DNA from: an uncultured Solibacteraceae bacterium
GTDB lineage: Bacteria > Acidobacteriota > Holophagae > Holophagales > Holophagaceae
Length of the DNA stretch: 64,000 nt
NCBI GenBank assembly: GCA_964434895.1
Contig: CAYSXG010000001.1
Coordinates: forward strand, 1,701-65,700
Reading direction: 5' to 3'
The notes beneath the pieces are model-generated. The model did no database searches, had not been told where the DNA came from, and saw only the letters and a program-made list of their open reading frames with translations. A program made the position numbers and the translations under genes. Shown here piece after piece: positions 51,544-60,862 of the stretch. Positions within the stretch are counted from its first letter, which is position 1. Every line of letters begins with the position of its first letter.

Positions 51544-54500
51544 ATGGACGGCCTTCTCTTCCGCGACCCCTCTGGGGAGGTTCTACCTCTGGAGGTGGTG
51601 GGCTGGGACGAGCTTGACCTCCGCGAGATCACGAAGGGAGGCGACGCCGCTCCGCCAGGCGCCCGCTGGATCACCGTCCACCCCCATGGGAGCGATGGGC
51701 CCGGCCGCCCCGTCCTCATCCGCGAGGTGAAGGGCAGCCACGGCGTCTTCCACATCGTCGGCGGCGCCTCCGGCAAGCTGAACGGCCTCCGCCTCCAGAA
51801 CGTGAAGAGCCCCGAGGAATACAAGGCCGCCGCGAAGGATCGCGCCAAGGAACTCAAGGCCAAGCGCAAGGAAGCGGAGAAGAGCCTCACGCCCGAAGAG
51901 CGCGAGAGCCGCAAGCTGGACAAGCAGGCCGCGCATTCAGCCGTGAAGGACGCGGAGAAGCGCCTCATCGAGGCCACCCTCAAGGCCAAGGGCCTGGATC
52001 CGGCACAGGCCGAACTGGACACCGACAACAACCTGGCGCGGGTAAAACATCACCGGGCCCTGCTCTCCGAGGCCATGAAGAGCGCCGCCCAGGCGGAGAA
52101 GTCCCTGGTGCTGGACGCCCAGGCCCGCATGGAGGCCGGCCTTGAGACCGTGGGCGGCGACCAGCAGCTTGACGCGGATACCGTGCTCACCACCAAGGAC
52201 GTGGAGGCCGGCGCCGGCTACCAGCGTGGCCTGAAACAGAAGGCCGAGGAGGCCGGGCTCACCCAGCAGGGGCTGGCCGACACTGCGGCCGAGCTTCGGG
52301 AGCAGGCCGCCAAGAACCGCGTGGAGGCGGGCGACTTCACCGACTACCACACCAAACTCGGGGGCGGGGATCCCGTCCTCGGCATCCAGATCGTCGGCGC
52401 CCGCATGGGCGAGCTGAACCGCCAGGCCCACCAGCAGGCGAAGGCCGCCCAGGGCCACGCCACCCAGAACACCCGCGAGGCCATGAAAGCGGCGGCCACC
52501 GACAACCAGGCCCTGGCCGAGATCCTTGCTGCCCGGAAAGCCTTGCGGGAGGCCCTGAAGGGGGCCAAGCAGGGCAAGCCCCCCATCTTCGCCAAGGCCT
52601 TCCAGGCTCACCTGGAAGAGCTCACCGATGGAGCAATCCAGGACATCGAGGACCAACTCCGCACCGAACGGTTCCAGGGGTTCCTGGATGAGGTGGAGAA
52701 ATCCTTCCCCGAGCCCACGAGCACCATCGACCCGGACCACATCCCCGAGGATGGGCTCCACGCCAGCCGCCACACCGGCGCCTTCGACGCCCTCCACGAG
52801 ATCGGCCTGGGCGTCATGGGCCAGGGCGCCATCAGCCGCGAGGCCGTGGAAGTCCTGGGGCCGGATGGCGCCGCCACCATCCTGGCCCGCGCCCTCAAGA
52901 GCGGCTACACCCACGAGGAGCAGGCCGAAATCCTGGAGGCCCTTGAAGGCGTCCACCAGGACGAGCAGGAGAAGGATCTCCCCCAGGCCATGGCCTATGC
53001 CTCTCAGCTTCGGGACGAGGCGGCCAAGGTCGGGGAAGAACTGGCCGAGAATGCCAAGGATCTGGCCATCGCCGCCGAGATGCAGCGCAACAAGGTGGCC
53101 TTGCTCAAGGAAGCCCGGCGCACCGTGGGCGCGATGCTGGGGCGCATGGAGGCCCGGGCGGCCCTCATCGCCGCCATGCAGGGCGCCCCCAGCGACCGCC
53201 TGACGGTCCCCATCGGGAAGAACCGGGAGACCGCCATCCAGGCCGCCTACGCCCTGGGCCTGGAGAATGGGGACTACCACCTGGACCAGGACCGGGGCGA
53301 GGTGCTCCTCCATCTCACCGGCCAAGGGCAGAATCGCCTCATTCGCCCCGTAGACCAGGCTGCCCTCGCCGAGCGCGAGACGGCCATGGCCATCAAGCGC
53401 GGCGACCTTGACGAGGACGGCTGGATCCCCAAGGGGTTCACCCGCCGCACCGCCCTCCGGAGCGATGACCCACTCCTGGAGCCCCCCATGTTCCGCCAGC
53501 CGTTCCAGGTGGCCCCCGATGCCACGCCGGAGCAGCTCCAGGAATCCATCGAGGACTACATCGGGGCCCGCTACGCAGACGGCGACCGCGCCACGGACAT
53601 CCTCCAGAGCCTCAACAACGCCAGCCGGTTGGATTCTGTTCCGGAGCCCCTCTGGGAGACCTACCAGGAGAAGGTCCGCCAGGCCCTGCCCCTCCGAGAG
53701 GCCGTCCTAGACGCCGAGGGAAACCAGGCCTTCGACGTGGACGAGGACAGCGACGAGCAGCTCCCCCGCACCCGTGCCGCCAAGGCCGAGACCATCGACC
53801 GGGCCGCCCAGGCCATGGCCGAGCGCTACTTCGAGCGCAAGGGCCTCCGGGGCGACCTAGCCTTCTACCGTCAGGGCATCGACCCGGATAGCGATGCCTT
53901 CCGAGAGAGCGCCCACCGGGCCCTGGCCAAGAACCCGCGGGCCTCCGCGGCCTTCACCCCTGTCGGAGAGCTCACCAGCGACCAGCAGCGGGACCTGCGG
54001 GAGCACTTTTACGAGAGTCTGGCCCAGCAGAGCGCCAAGAAGGAGACCCGGGCCCAGAACAACGAGGCCGCCGCTAAGGATGCGGCCGGGCCGGAGCCCC
54101 CGGAGTACGAGCTCGATATGTTCGGGGAGCAAAGCCACACCCCGGAATGGCTGGAATGGCACGAGCGCGTCCAGACAAACCTGGCCGCCGAGCAGGGCCA
54201 GGCCGAGGGCGCCGCGCCAGCCGAGGACCCGGAAACGCCATGGGCCCGCTTCGTGGAGACCATGGGCGGGCTCAAGGACGCCCAGAGGGCCGTCCAGGAC
54301 CACATGGCCAGCGAGTTCCTCGGGAACTTCGCCGAGAGCTACCAGAACGCCACGGGCCAGAAATTCAAACAGGGCCAGGCCAAGGTCCATATGGCCGACA
54401 AGTTCATCAAGGCCACCGGGACTGCGGAGCAGAAGGCCCAGGCCCGGGCCGAGCGCCAGGCAGAGGTGGAAGCCAACCGTGGGCGCGGACCTGGCGGGAA

Positions 54501-56382
54501 GTTCAAAGAGGGCTCCATCAATGCCCGCATTGAGGAGAAGCGCCAGCGCGGCGCCACGGCCGAGGCCGAGGCCGGTGGACTCTTCGATCTGGGCGACTTC
54601 ACCCAGGCCCCTGCCCCGGCCCCCGAGGAGGCCCAAAAACCCTTTGCCCTGGCCCCGGGCTACCGCCTGAGCTTCGGCCCCCGACTGGAGGCCCAGCTCC
54701 GCCAGGCCCTGCCTGCGGCCGCCGCCATGATGCAGGGGCAGAAGAAGGCCGTCGCCCTCAAGTCCAACCTCAACATGAGCGGGCGATTCATCGCCCAACA
54801 GCGCGGCATCAAGGCCATCACCCACTTGCACCGGATCGGCCTTTTCTACGGGGCCGGGAGCGGCAAGACGAGCGTGGTGCAGGGCGCCCATGCCGAGCTT
54901 CACGCCGCCGGCAAGGTCCAGAAGGCGATCTACGCAGTCCCCTCCGCCGTCCAAGCCCAGTTCGGGGCCGAGGCGGCCATGTTCATCGACCCGAGCTCTG
55001 GCCTCCACATCCACGCCAAGCCGGGCGAGACATTCGAGGAACGGATCCGCACCTACCAGGCCCCCGACATCCACGGCGTCGTCGTCACCCACCAGGCCCT
55101 GCGGGACGACACCCTGAAGGTGCTCGGCCAGCATGTCGGTAAGGAGGGCGAGGCCCTAAAAGCCTGGGTCCACGGCGCCAAGCGCCAGGAGCTGGCCCAG
55201 GCCGTCAAGGACGCCTGGGGCAAGGCCAGCGTGAACTACCAGGCCCTTTTCCTGGACGAGGGGCACAACGCCCTGAACCGGGCTGGGAAGGAGGACAGCA
55301 CCCTCGCCAAGATCATCGACGCAGTTGGCGACACCTCCACCTACTACGCCGGCGCCACCGGCGACCCCATCAAGAACGACCCCTCTGAAGCCTACGACTG
55401 GCTCACGAAGATCGACCCCCGGCGCTACCCGCCCGAGGGCCGCGACGAGTTCATGCGGCGCTTCGGGGGCAACACGGCCGCCACCCGGCGCAGCCTCAAG
55501 GCCGAGCTGGCCCGCTATTACTTCGCCGAGCGCGTGGACCCCGGAGTTCAGGCCCACCACGAAATCGTGAAGGCCAAGGTCACGCCAGAGCAGCAGCAGA
55601 CCCTGGCGGCGCTGGACGCGAACATGAACCGCCTCCGCACCGCCAGGACCCCGGAGGAGGTGCTGGAGCGGGCCAAGGCCTTCGCGCCCGAGGCCTTCGA
55701 GGGCAAGGACGGGATGGAGCCGCAGGCCATCGCCGACAGCGTGAAGAAGGCCGTGGGCACCTTCAAGGAAGCGGCCTACAACCGGATCCTCAACTGCGAT
55801 CCCAAGGGCGGCAAGGTCCAGGAGACCGTGGCCCAAGCCAAGGCCTCCATCGCAGACGGCCGCCCTCCCATCATCTTCGCCCGCAACCTGGCAGCCGTGG
55901 AGGCCATCCACCAGGCCATGGAGGCGGCCGGAATCCATGTCACGACCCTCACCGGCAAGCACAGCGCCGCGGAGAAGGCCGAGCGCATCAAGACCTTCCA
56001 GCCCACGAACTGGAACCACCCCGATCCGGCCCAGCGGGCCAAGCCGGGCGCGGAGGCCATCGTCATGTCCGACGCAGGAGCCACGGGCATCAACCTCCAG
56101 AGGGGCGCGGACGTGATCCACCACGACATCCCCCAGACCCACATGACCCACAGCCAGCGCACCGCCCGGGCCCACCGGCTGGGCCAGACCCGGGACGTGC
56201 GGGTGAAGACCATCGCCGCCGACCACGCCTTCGACCAGAACAACCTCCAGCGCCTGAAGCGCAAGGAGGCCTTGGCCGGGATCTTCAAGAGCCCCGAGGG
56301 CTTCCTGGACGACTCCGGCATCGCCGAGCGCATGAGGGCCCTGCGCCAGCGCCGCCTTTCCACCCAAACCACCGCCGCCTAA
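51544..56382 (+). CDS. Giant protein with a C-terminal SNF2-family helicase
   Basis: 1612 aa. The N-terminus has ARWITVHPHG...PVLIRE...GGASGKLNGLRL. Helicase motifs are GAGSGKT (about 54851), LDEGHN (about 55252) and THSQRTARAHRLGQTRDV (about 56150). Confidence 0.8.
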   Translation: MDGLLFRDPSGEVLPLEVVGWDELDLREITKGGDAAPPGARWITVHPHGSDGPGRPVLIREVKGSHGVFHIVGGASGKLNGLRLQNVKSPEEYKAAAKDRAKELKAKRKEAEKSLTPEERESRKLDKQAAHSAVKDAEKRLIEATLKAKGLDPAQAELDTDNNLARVKHHRALLSEAMKSAAQAEKSLVLDAQARMEAGLETVGGDQQLDADTVLTTKDVEAGAGYQRGLKQKAEEAGLTQQGLADTAAELREQAAKNRVEAGDFTDYHTKLGGGDPVLGIQIVGARMGELNRQAHQQAKAAQGHATQNTREAMKAAATDNQALAEILAARKALREALKGAKQGKPPIFAKAFQAHLEELTDGAIQDIEDQLRTERFQGFLDEVEKSFPEPTSTIDPDHIPEDGLHASRHTGAFDALHEIGLGVMGQGAISREAVEVLGPDGAATILARALKSGYTHEEQAEILEALEGVHQDEQEKDLPQAMAYASQLRDEAAKVGEELAENAKDLAIAAEMQRNKVALLKEARRTVGAMLGRMEARAALIAAMQGAPSDRLTVPIGKNRETAIQAAYALGLENGDYHLDQDRGEVLLHLTGQGQNRLIRPVDQAALAERETAMAIKRGDLDEDGWIPKGFTRRTALRSDDPLLEPPMFRQPFQVAPDATPEQLQESIEDYIGARYADGDRATDILQSLNNASRLDSVPEPLWETYQEKVRQALPLREAVLDAEGNQAFDVDEDSDEQLPRTRAAKAETIDRAAQAMAERYFERKGLRGDLAFYRQGIDPDSDAFRESAHRALAKNPRASAAFTPVGELTSDQQRDLREHFYESLAQQSAKKETRAQNNEAAAKDAAGPEPPEYELDMFGEQSHTPEWLEWHERVQTNLAAEQGQAEGAAPAEDPETPWARFVETMGGLKDAQRAVQDHMASEFLGNFAESYQNATGQKFKQGQAKVHMADKFIKATGTAEQKAQARAERQAEVEANRGRGPGGKFKEGSINARIEEKRQRGATAEAEAGGLFDLGDFTQAPAPAPEEAQKPFALAPGYRLSFGPRLEAQLRQALPAAAAMMQGQKKAVALKSNLNMSGRFIAQQRGIKAITHLHRIGLFYGAGSGKTSVVQGAHAELHAAGKVQKAIYAVPSAVQAQFGAEAAMFIDPSSGLHIHAKPGETFEERIRTYQAPDIHGVVVTHQALRDDTLKVLGQHVGKEGEALKAWVHGAKRQELAQAVKDAWGKASVNYQALFLDEGHNALNRAGKEDSTLAKIIDAVGDTSTYYAGATGDPIKNDPSEAYDWLTKIDPRRYPPEGRDEFMRRFGGNTAATRRSLKAELARYYFAERVDPGVQAHHEIVKAKVTPEQQQTLAALDANMNRLRTARTPEEVLERAKAFAPEAFEGKDGMEPQAIADSVKKAVGTFKEAAYNRILNCDPKGGKVQETVAQAKASIADGRPPIIFARNLAAVEAIHQAMEAAGIHVTTLTGKHSAAEKAERIKTFQPTNWNHPDPAQRAKPGAEAIVMSDAGATGINLQRGADVIHHDIPQTHMTHSQRTARAHRLGQTRDVRVKTIAADHAFDQNNLQRLKRKEALAGIFKSPEGFLDDSGIAERMRALRQRRLSTQTTAA

Positions 56383-56394
56383 AGGAGCGAGACC

Positions 56395-56784
56395 ATGACC
56401 CTTTCCGTCACCGTCGCCACGAAGAACGCCCAGCTCAATGCCTATGGGGCGAACTTCAATTCCGGACTCCTGAAAATCTACGCCGGCACCGTTCCTGCCG
56501 ATGCGGATGCCGCGCTCACGAGCCAAACACTGCTGGGCACGCAGACCATGGGCGCCACCGCCTTCGCGGCTGCGGCAGCCGGCTCCATGTCGGCGAACCC
56601 CATCACCCAGGGCAACGCCGTGGCCACCGGAACCGCCAGCTTTTACCGCGCTTACAAGGGCGACGGCACCACGGTCATCGAGCAGGGCACGGTCGGCACC
56701 TCTGGCGCTGATCTGAACCTCAACACCACAAGCATCGTGAACGGCGGCCCCATCCAGATCACGTCTTTCGTCCGGAACATGTAG
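56395..56784 (+). CDS. Small virion-like protein (129 aa)
   Basis: Track ORF with an A/T/G-rich, beta-type composition. It looks like a recurring phage family that I cannot name. Confidence 0.45.
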   Translation: MTLSVTVATKNAQLNAYGANFNSGLLKIYAGTVPADADAALTSQTLLGTQTMGATAFAAAAAGSMSANPITQGNAVATGTASFYRAYKGDGTTVIEQGTVGTSGADLNLNTTSIVNGGPIQITSFVRNM

Positions 56785-56792
56785 GCCCACCA

Positions 56793-57890
56793 ATGCCTAC
56801 GCCTTCCTTCACCTTCGTCACCGTCGCAGCCGCCACATCCGGCCTCAAGATGGATGTGGCCGAGCTGGTCAACGGCCCAAACACCGTCGAGCGCCAGGTG
56901 GTCGTCTTCGGCGACCCTTCCACCGCTGCGGCCGTGGCAGGCGTGATGAACTCCGCACCGACAGGGACGGAGTATGGCGTGGTGGTCCGGAACATCCCAA
57001 GCGGCCAGCAGCCCATCATCGGGGTGCAGGACGCCCGGGTGACGGGGGCCATCACCACGGCCACCGGAACCGTGCTGGCGGCCATGACCAACCGGAATGT
57101 GGCCACCTTCACGGTCTGGGGCACCTACGCCGGGGTGACGTACATCTTCGAGGCCTCGGATGACGGCGGCACCACCTGGTTCACGGTCCAAGCGGTGAAC
57201 AACGCCACGGGACAGGTCGGATCCACTTGGACCCCAGGCACCAACGCCAGCGCCTCCTACGACATGGTGGTGGGCGGATTCACGCATGTCCGCCTACGCG
57301 CGACCGCCTGGACCAGCGGCACCATGAACGTGGGCATCACCGCCCAGGTCTTCGCCTACGAACCTGCTGGTGCCGTACTGGCCCAGGGCACGGCTGCCTC
57401 TGGTTCGCCTGCCCTGGGGAATCCCGTGCTGATGGCGGGCCTGGAGGGCGCGAATGCGCGGGCGCTGACGATGAAAGCCGCCAGCACCGCCGCGGCTGCT
57501 GCGGACCCCGCCGCGGTGGTGGCCCTGAGCCCCAACTCACCCATCACGCTGACCACGCCCACCGCCCATACACTGAACAGCGCCGCCACCACCAACGCCA
57601 CCAGCGTGAAGGCCAGCGCGGGAACGCTCTACGGCATCGCCGTGAGCAACGTCTCCGCCAGCACGCGGTATTTCAAGCTCTACAACAAGGCCAGCGCCCC
57701 GACCGTGGGCACCGATACCCCGGTGCTCGTCATTCCCATTGCCGCGGGCGGCGTCGCAAACTTTCCCCTTGGAACCCTGGGGCTTCGCTTTGGGACCGGT
57801 CTCGCCTACGCGATCACGGGGGCTGCGGCCGACACGGACACCACCGCCATCGCCGCCGGCGATTGCAAGGTGTTCTTGAGCTACCTGTAA
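56793..57890 (+). CDS. Virion-like protein with two beta-sandwich-like halves (365 aa)
   Basis: Track ORF. The call rests on composition and context only. Confidence 0.45.
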   Translation: MPTPSFTFVTVAAATSGLKMDVAELVNGPNTVERQVVVFGDPSTAAAVAGVMNSAPTGTEYGVVVRNIPSGQQPIIGVQDARVTGAITTATGTVLAAMTNRNVATFTVWGTYAGVTYIFEASDDGGTTWFTVQAVNNATGQVGSTWTPGTNASASYDMVVGGFTHVRLRATAWTSGTMNVGITAQVFAYEPAGAVLAQGTAASGSPALGNPVLMAGLEGANARALTMKAASTAAAAADPAAVVALSPNSPITLTTPTAHTLNSAATTNATSVKASAGTLYGIAVSNVSASTRYFKLYNKASAPTVGTDTPVLVIPIAAGGVANFPLGTLGLRFGTGLAYAITGAAADTDTTAIAAGDCKVFLSYL

Positions 57891-57899
57891 GGCGCCACG

Positions 57900-59435
57900 G
57901 TGCTCCTCACCCTGCAAACCCAGGCATTCTTCGGCACCTCCTCGGCTAGCCTCGGCCTGGGCGGAAGCGCGGCGGGAGCCCATGGGGAGACAGGTAGCAG
58001 CACAATCGCCTTGGCCCTCAGCGGCAGCTCCGGTGGAAGCCAAGGGGTTGCGGGGGCGGCCACGGGGGCCATCTTGGTGGCCGGGAACGCCTCCGGAAGC
58101 CACGGAACCACTGGAACCTCTTCCAGCGTCCTCGCCATCACCGGAGCCGCCTCCGGGGCCCAAGCTGAGAGCGGGAGTTCCTCTTCCACCCTCGCCCTTG
58201 CGGGCAGCGGAACCGGCACCCATGGCGTGGCCGGGCCAAACACCGCCCTCCTTCCCCTTGCAGGTACCGCAGCAGGCCTCCAGGCCATCGCCGGGTCCAG
58301 TTCGGCCACTCTGGCCATCGGAGGGGCTGCTACCGGAACCCTGGGGACCTCCGGGAACTCTTCCCGACCGCTGGTGCTCGGCGGTGCTGCCGCAGGAGCC
58401 CAAGCAGAAACCGGGGGCAGTTCCGCGTCGATGCCCTCCCTCACGGGCTCCGGGTTTGGGGCCCATGGCGCCGTGGGGACTTCGACCGCCACCCTTTCCC
58501 TCTCAGGCTCTGCCGCGGGTGTCATCGTCACAGCCGGGGCCAGCCTCGGAGCCCTCGCCCTGCTGGGTTCGGCCTCGGGGGCCCAGGGCGCAACGGGAAC
58601 CTCCACCAAGACCATCGCCCTCAGCGGGGCCGCCACGGGGACTCAGGGCCTTTCAGGCTCCAGTAATCTGGCCCTGAGCATGGCATGGGCAGCCCTAGGC
58701 GCTCATGGCACTACGGCCACCAGTACCGCCTCCCTGAGCCTTGGAGGAGCCATCGCGGCCCTTCAAGGCGAGACAGGTGCCTCCTCCGGCGCCTTGAGCC
58801 TCGGCGGGGCCACCTTGGGCACCCACGGGGCCTCTGGCACAGCCTCCAGCAGCCTCCAGATTCTTGGGACAGCTTCGGGGCAGGCACTGGGGCTGGCGGA
58901 CATCGGCACCTCAACAGCAGCATTGCCCTTCCAAGGGAGCGCCACCGGCACCCACGGCACGGACGGAGGGTCCTCGGCTGCGCTTTCCCTCTTCGGAACC
59001 AGCAGCGGGCACCATGGGGAGGCGGGGGCCAGCACCGCAGTTCTCTCGCTTTCAGGGGCTGGCATTGGCCTTCATGGAGCCACCGGATCAGTCCTCGGTG
59101 GCCTCCACCTTCAGGGCTCCGCCACAGGTGCGCATGGCGCCGCCGGAACCAGCAGCGCCGGGCTGATCATCCAGGCTCTTGGAGCCGGGGGCCACGGGGT
59201 CACAGGGGCCAGCTCAGGCCCCCTGACGCCCATGGGCTATGCCGAGGGGTTCGCCTTCGCTCCCACTTCCCACGCGGACCCAATCAGAACCAGCACCATC
59301 CCCGCCGAGACCAGGGCCGCGAGGGTCGCTCCCGACCTGCGCACGGCGGCAGTGCAAAAAGAGGAGAGGCGCACGGCCATCCCGGCCGAGGTCCGCGTCC
59401 AGACCGTTCACGCCGAGCCCCGGAGGATCGCTTGA
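57900..59435 (+). CDS. Tandem-repeat fibre-like protein (21 x ~20 aa)
   Basis: GTG start, 511 aa. Repeat consensus is G-[ST]-A-x-G-x-[HQ]-G-x-x-G-x-S-[ST]-x-x-L-x-L-x. The C-terminal tail has IPAExR repeats. Confidence 0.6.
   Translation: MLLTLQTQAFFGTSSASLGLGGSAAGAHGETGSSTIALALSGSSGGSQGVAGAATGAILVAGNASGSHGTTGTSSSVLAITGAASGAQAESGSSSSTLALAGSGTGTHGVAGPNTALLPLAGTAAGLQAIAGSSSATLAIGGAATGTLGTSGNSSRPLVLGGAAAGAQAETGGSSASMPSLTGSGFGAHGAVGTSTATLSLSGSAAGVIVTAGASLGALALLGSASGAQGATGTSTKTIALSGAATGTQGLSGSSNLALSMAWAALGAHGTTATSTASLSLGGAIAALQGETGASSGALSLGGATLGTHGASGTASSSLQILGTASGQALGLADIGTSTAALPFQGSATGTHGTDGGSSAALSLFGTSSGHHGEAGASTAVLSLSGAGIGLHGATGSVLGGLHLQGSATGAHGAAGTSSAGLIIQALGAGGHGVTGASSGPLTPMGYAEGFAFAPTSHADPIRTSTIPAETRAARVAPDLRTAAVQKEERRTAIPAEVRVQTVHAEPRRIA
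57963..59234 (+). repeat. Coding tandem repeat, about 60-nt period, 21 units
   Basis: Residues 22-445 of the protein parse into units of 20 aa, except one of 21 and one of 23. The nucleotide copies have diverged. Confidence 0.7.
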
Positions 59436-59710
59436 GCATCGCCGCCTATCTGAAAGCCCCGGGGGCCACGCTGGACTTCGGCAACGACTGGGGCTCCTGG
59501 CTCCACGCCGGCGAGACCATCACCGCCAGCACCTGGGCGGCGAGCGGCACCGGGCTCATCGTGGCCGGCTCCAGCGTGGCCAGCGGCACCGCCATCGCAT
59601 GGCTGTCCGGCGGCACCGTGGGCACCACCTACACCGTCGCCAACCGCATCACCACCTCCCAGGGTCGCACCGACGAGCGCACTTTTACGGTCCAGGTGGT
59701 GGCCCGGTGA
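59432..59710 (+). CDS. Small Ig-like fibre/adhesin-family protein (92 aa)
   Basis: TTG start overlapping the upstream stop (TTGA). LDFGNDWGSWLHAGETITASTW...LSGGTVGTTYTVANRITTSQGRTDERTFTVQV is a recurrent phage family pattern. Confidence 0.5.
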   Translation: MSIAAYLKAPGATLDFGNDWGSWLHAGETITASTWAASGTGLIVAGSSVASGTAIAWLSGGTVGTTYTVANRITTSQGRTDERTFTVQVVAR

Positions 59711-60555
59711 GCGATCCCTCCCAGGCCTTCGCCCGCGAGGTGCTCAAGAACCTCCACCGCATTCACGGCCACCCCTTCCACCTTCACGGGGAGACCTTCT
59801 GGCGGGAGGAACACTGGGCCCAGCGGCCCGAACACGGGGGTGCCCCAACAAACTCGACACCAGCCGCCATTTCTCGGGGAGCCCCGTCCCTGTTGATGTC
59901 TGAGCAAGGGTGTTCCATAAACGAGGGATTGCGTGACACCCAGGGAAGCGGCTCTGATGAGGCTGTTTCGCGTCCTGTAACCCGTCACAAATTCAAGGTC
60001 ACAGGAACGGTGCTGCGTGTCCGGGAGAAATGGCGGCTCATTGCACGTTTGTTGGGGTTACCCGAACACGGGGTCCAGGTTGAGAAGGGGCCAGGGGGCT
60101 GCGGGCGCCGCTGGACTCCCGAAGAAGAGAAGCGCTGGCGGAATCACCGCATCATGGCCAACCCCGAGGTCTACCGGCTCACGGGCGCAGCATCCGCCCC
60201 CATCAAGGCCGACTGTCTGGCCCTTTTCGAGAAGCGGGAGCGCAAGGACATCCAGATTTTCAGGAGCCCCGCCGACATTCAGGCCGCCGTGGACGAGGTG
60301 CTCACGCGGCCCGCGCTCATCCACCAAGCCACCAAGGACGAATGGTGGGCCGTGGTGCGCCATTCCGATGGCCTCATCAAACTTGTGGCCATCGACTTGA
60401 CCTCGCCAACGCGGCAGTACCAAGTCCGCAGCGTCCACCTGATCGACCCAGGCCAACTCGAATACCAAAGGCGCCCTGAGCGGGATGTGCTCAAGGCGCT
60501 TGAAGCGACTGACGGGCCCGCCGTTAACCTCGGGGTTCTGGGATGCAGGGGATGA
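59707..60555 (+). CDS. Hypothetical protein interrupted in frame by a foldback element
   Basis: GTG start (GTGA overlap), 282 aa. Residues encoded by about 59840..60060 look non-native. Confidence 0.4.
   Translation: MSDPSQAFAREVLKNLHRIHGHPFHLHGETFWREEHWAQRPEHGGAPTNSTPAAISRGAPSLLMSEQGCSINEGLRDTQGSGSDEAVSRPVTRHKFKVTGTVLRVREKWRLIARLLGLPEHGVQVEKGPGGCGRRWTPEEEKRWRNHRIMANPEVYRLTGAASAPIKADCLALFEKRERKDIQIFRSPADIQAAVDEVLTRPALIHQATKDEWWAVVRHSDGLIKLVAIDLTSPTRQYQVRSVHLIDPGQLEYQRRPERDVLKALEATDGPAVNLGVLGCRG
59827..60073. mobile_element. MITE-like foldback element flanked by 13-bp direct repeats
   Basis: The direct repeat CCCGAACACGGGG occurs at 59827 and 60061. Terminal inverted repeats are CCCCAACAAAC (59843) with GTTTGTTGGGG (60047), and AGCCGCCATTTCTC (59862) with GAGAAATGGCGGCT (60025). 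The repeat-to-repeat distance is 234 nt, or 78 codons. Confidence 0.45.
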
Positions 60556-60643
60556 ACCACGCAGCACGACCCAGGTACTCGGATCTCCGTGCCTCACGGT
60601 CACGGATCGTCGTCAGCACCCCCAGCATGGAGCGAGAAATCAC

Positions 60644-60862
60644 ATGGCGCAAGACCCTTTAGCCCCGGCCCGCCGCCTACTGGCCGAACTGGACGCGGAG
60701 ACGCGCCAGGCGGAAGCCCACCTCCAGGCCCTCGTGAAGGAGGGCGGCGACCACTTCCGCCAGGTCCACCAGGACGCCCTGCCCCACCTCACACCCGACA
60801 ATGTGGAGACCTGGAGCGCCCAAGCCGGGGCCCTGGCCTCCCTGGAGGATCTGCATGGGTAA
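60644..60862 (+). CDS. Hypothetical 72-aa helical protein
   Basis: Internal ATG (residue 54) of track ORF 60485..60862. Confidence 0.4.
   Translation: MAQDPLAPARRLLAELDAETRQAEAHLQALVKEGGDHFRQVHQDALPHLTPDNVETWSAQAGALASLEDLHG

Noticed and set aside
57963-59234. A regular 60-nt periodic repeat as a possible CRISPR array.
   Set aside because: It lies inside one continuous ORF. There are no conserved repeat/unique-spacer units at the DNA level, and the periodicity is in the protein sequence.
59954-59961. CUGAUGAG inside the foldback element as a hammerhead ribozyme core.
   Set aside because: The required downstream stem II hairpin followed by GAAA is absent; the sequence reads GCTGTTTCGCGTCCTGTAAC. 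It is probably a chance octamer.
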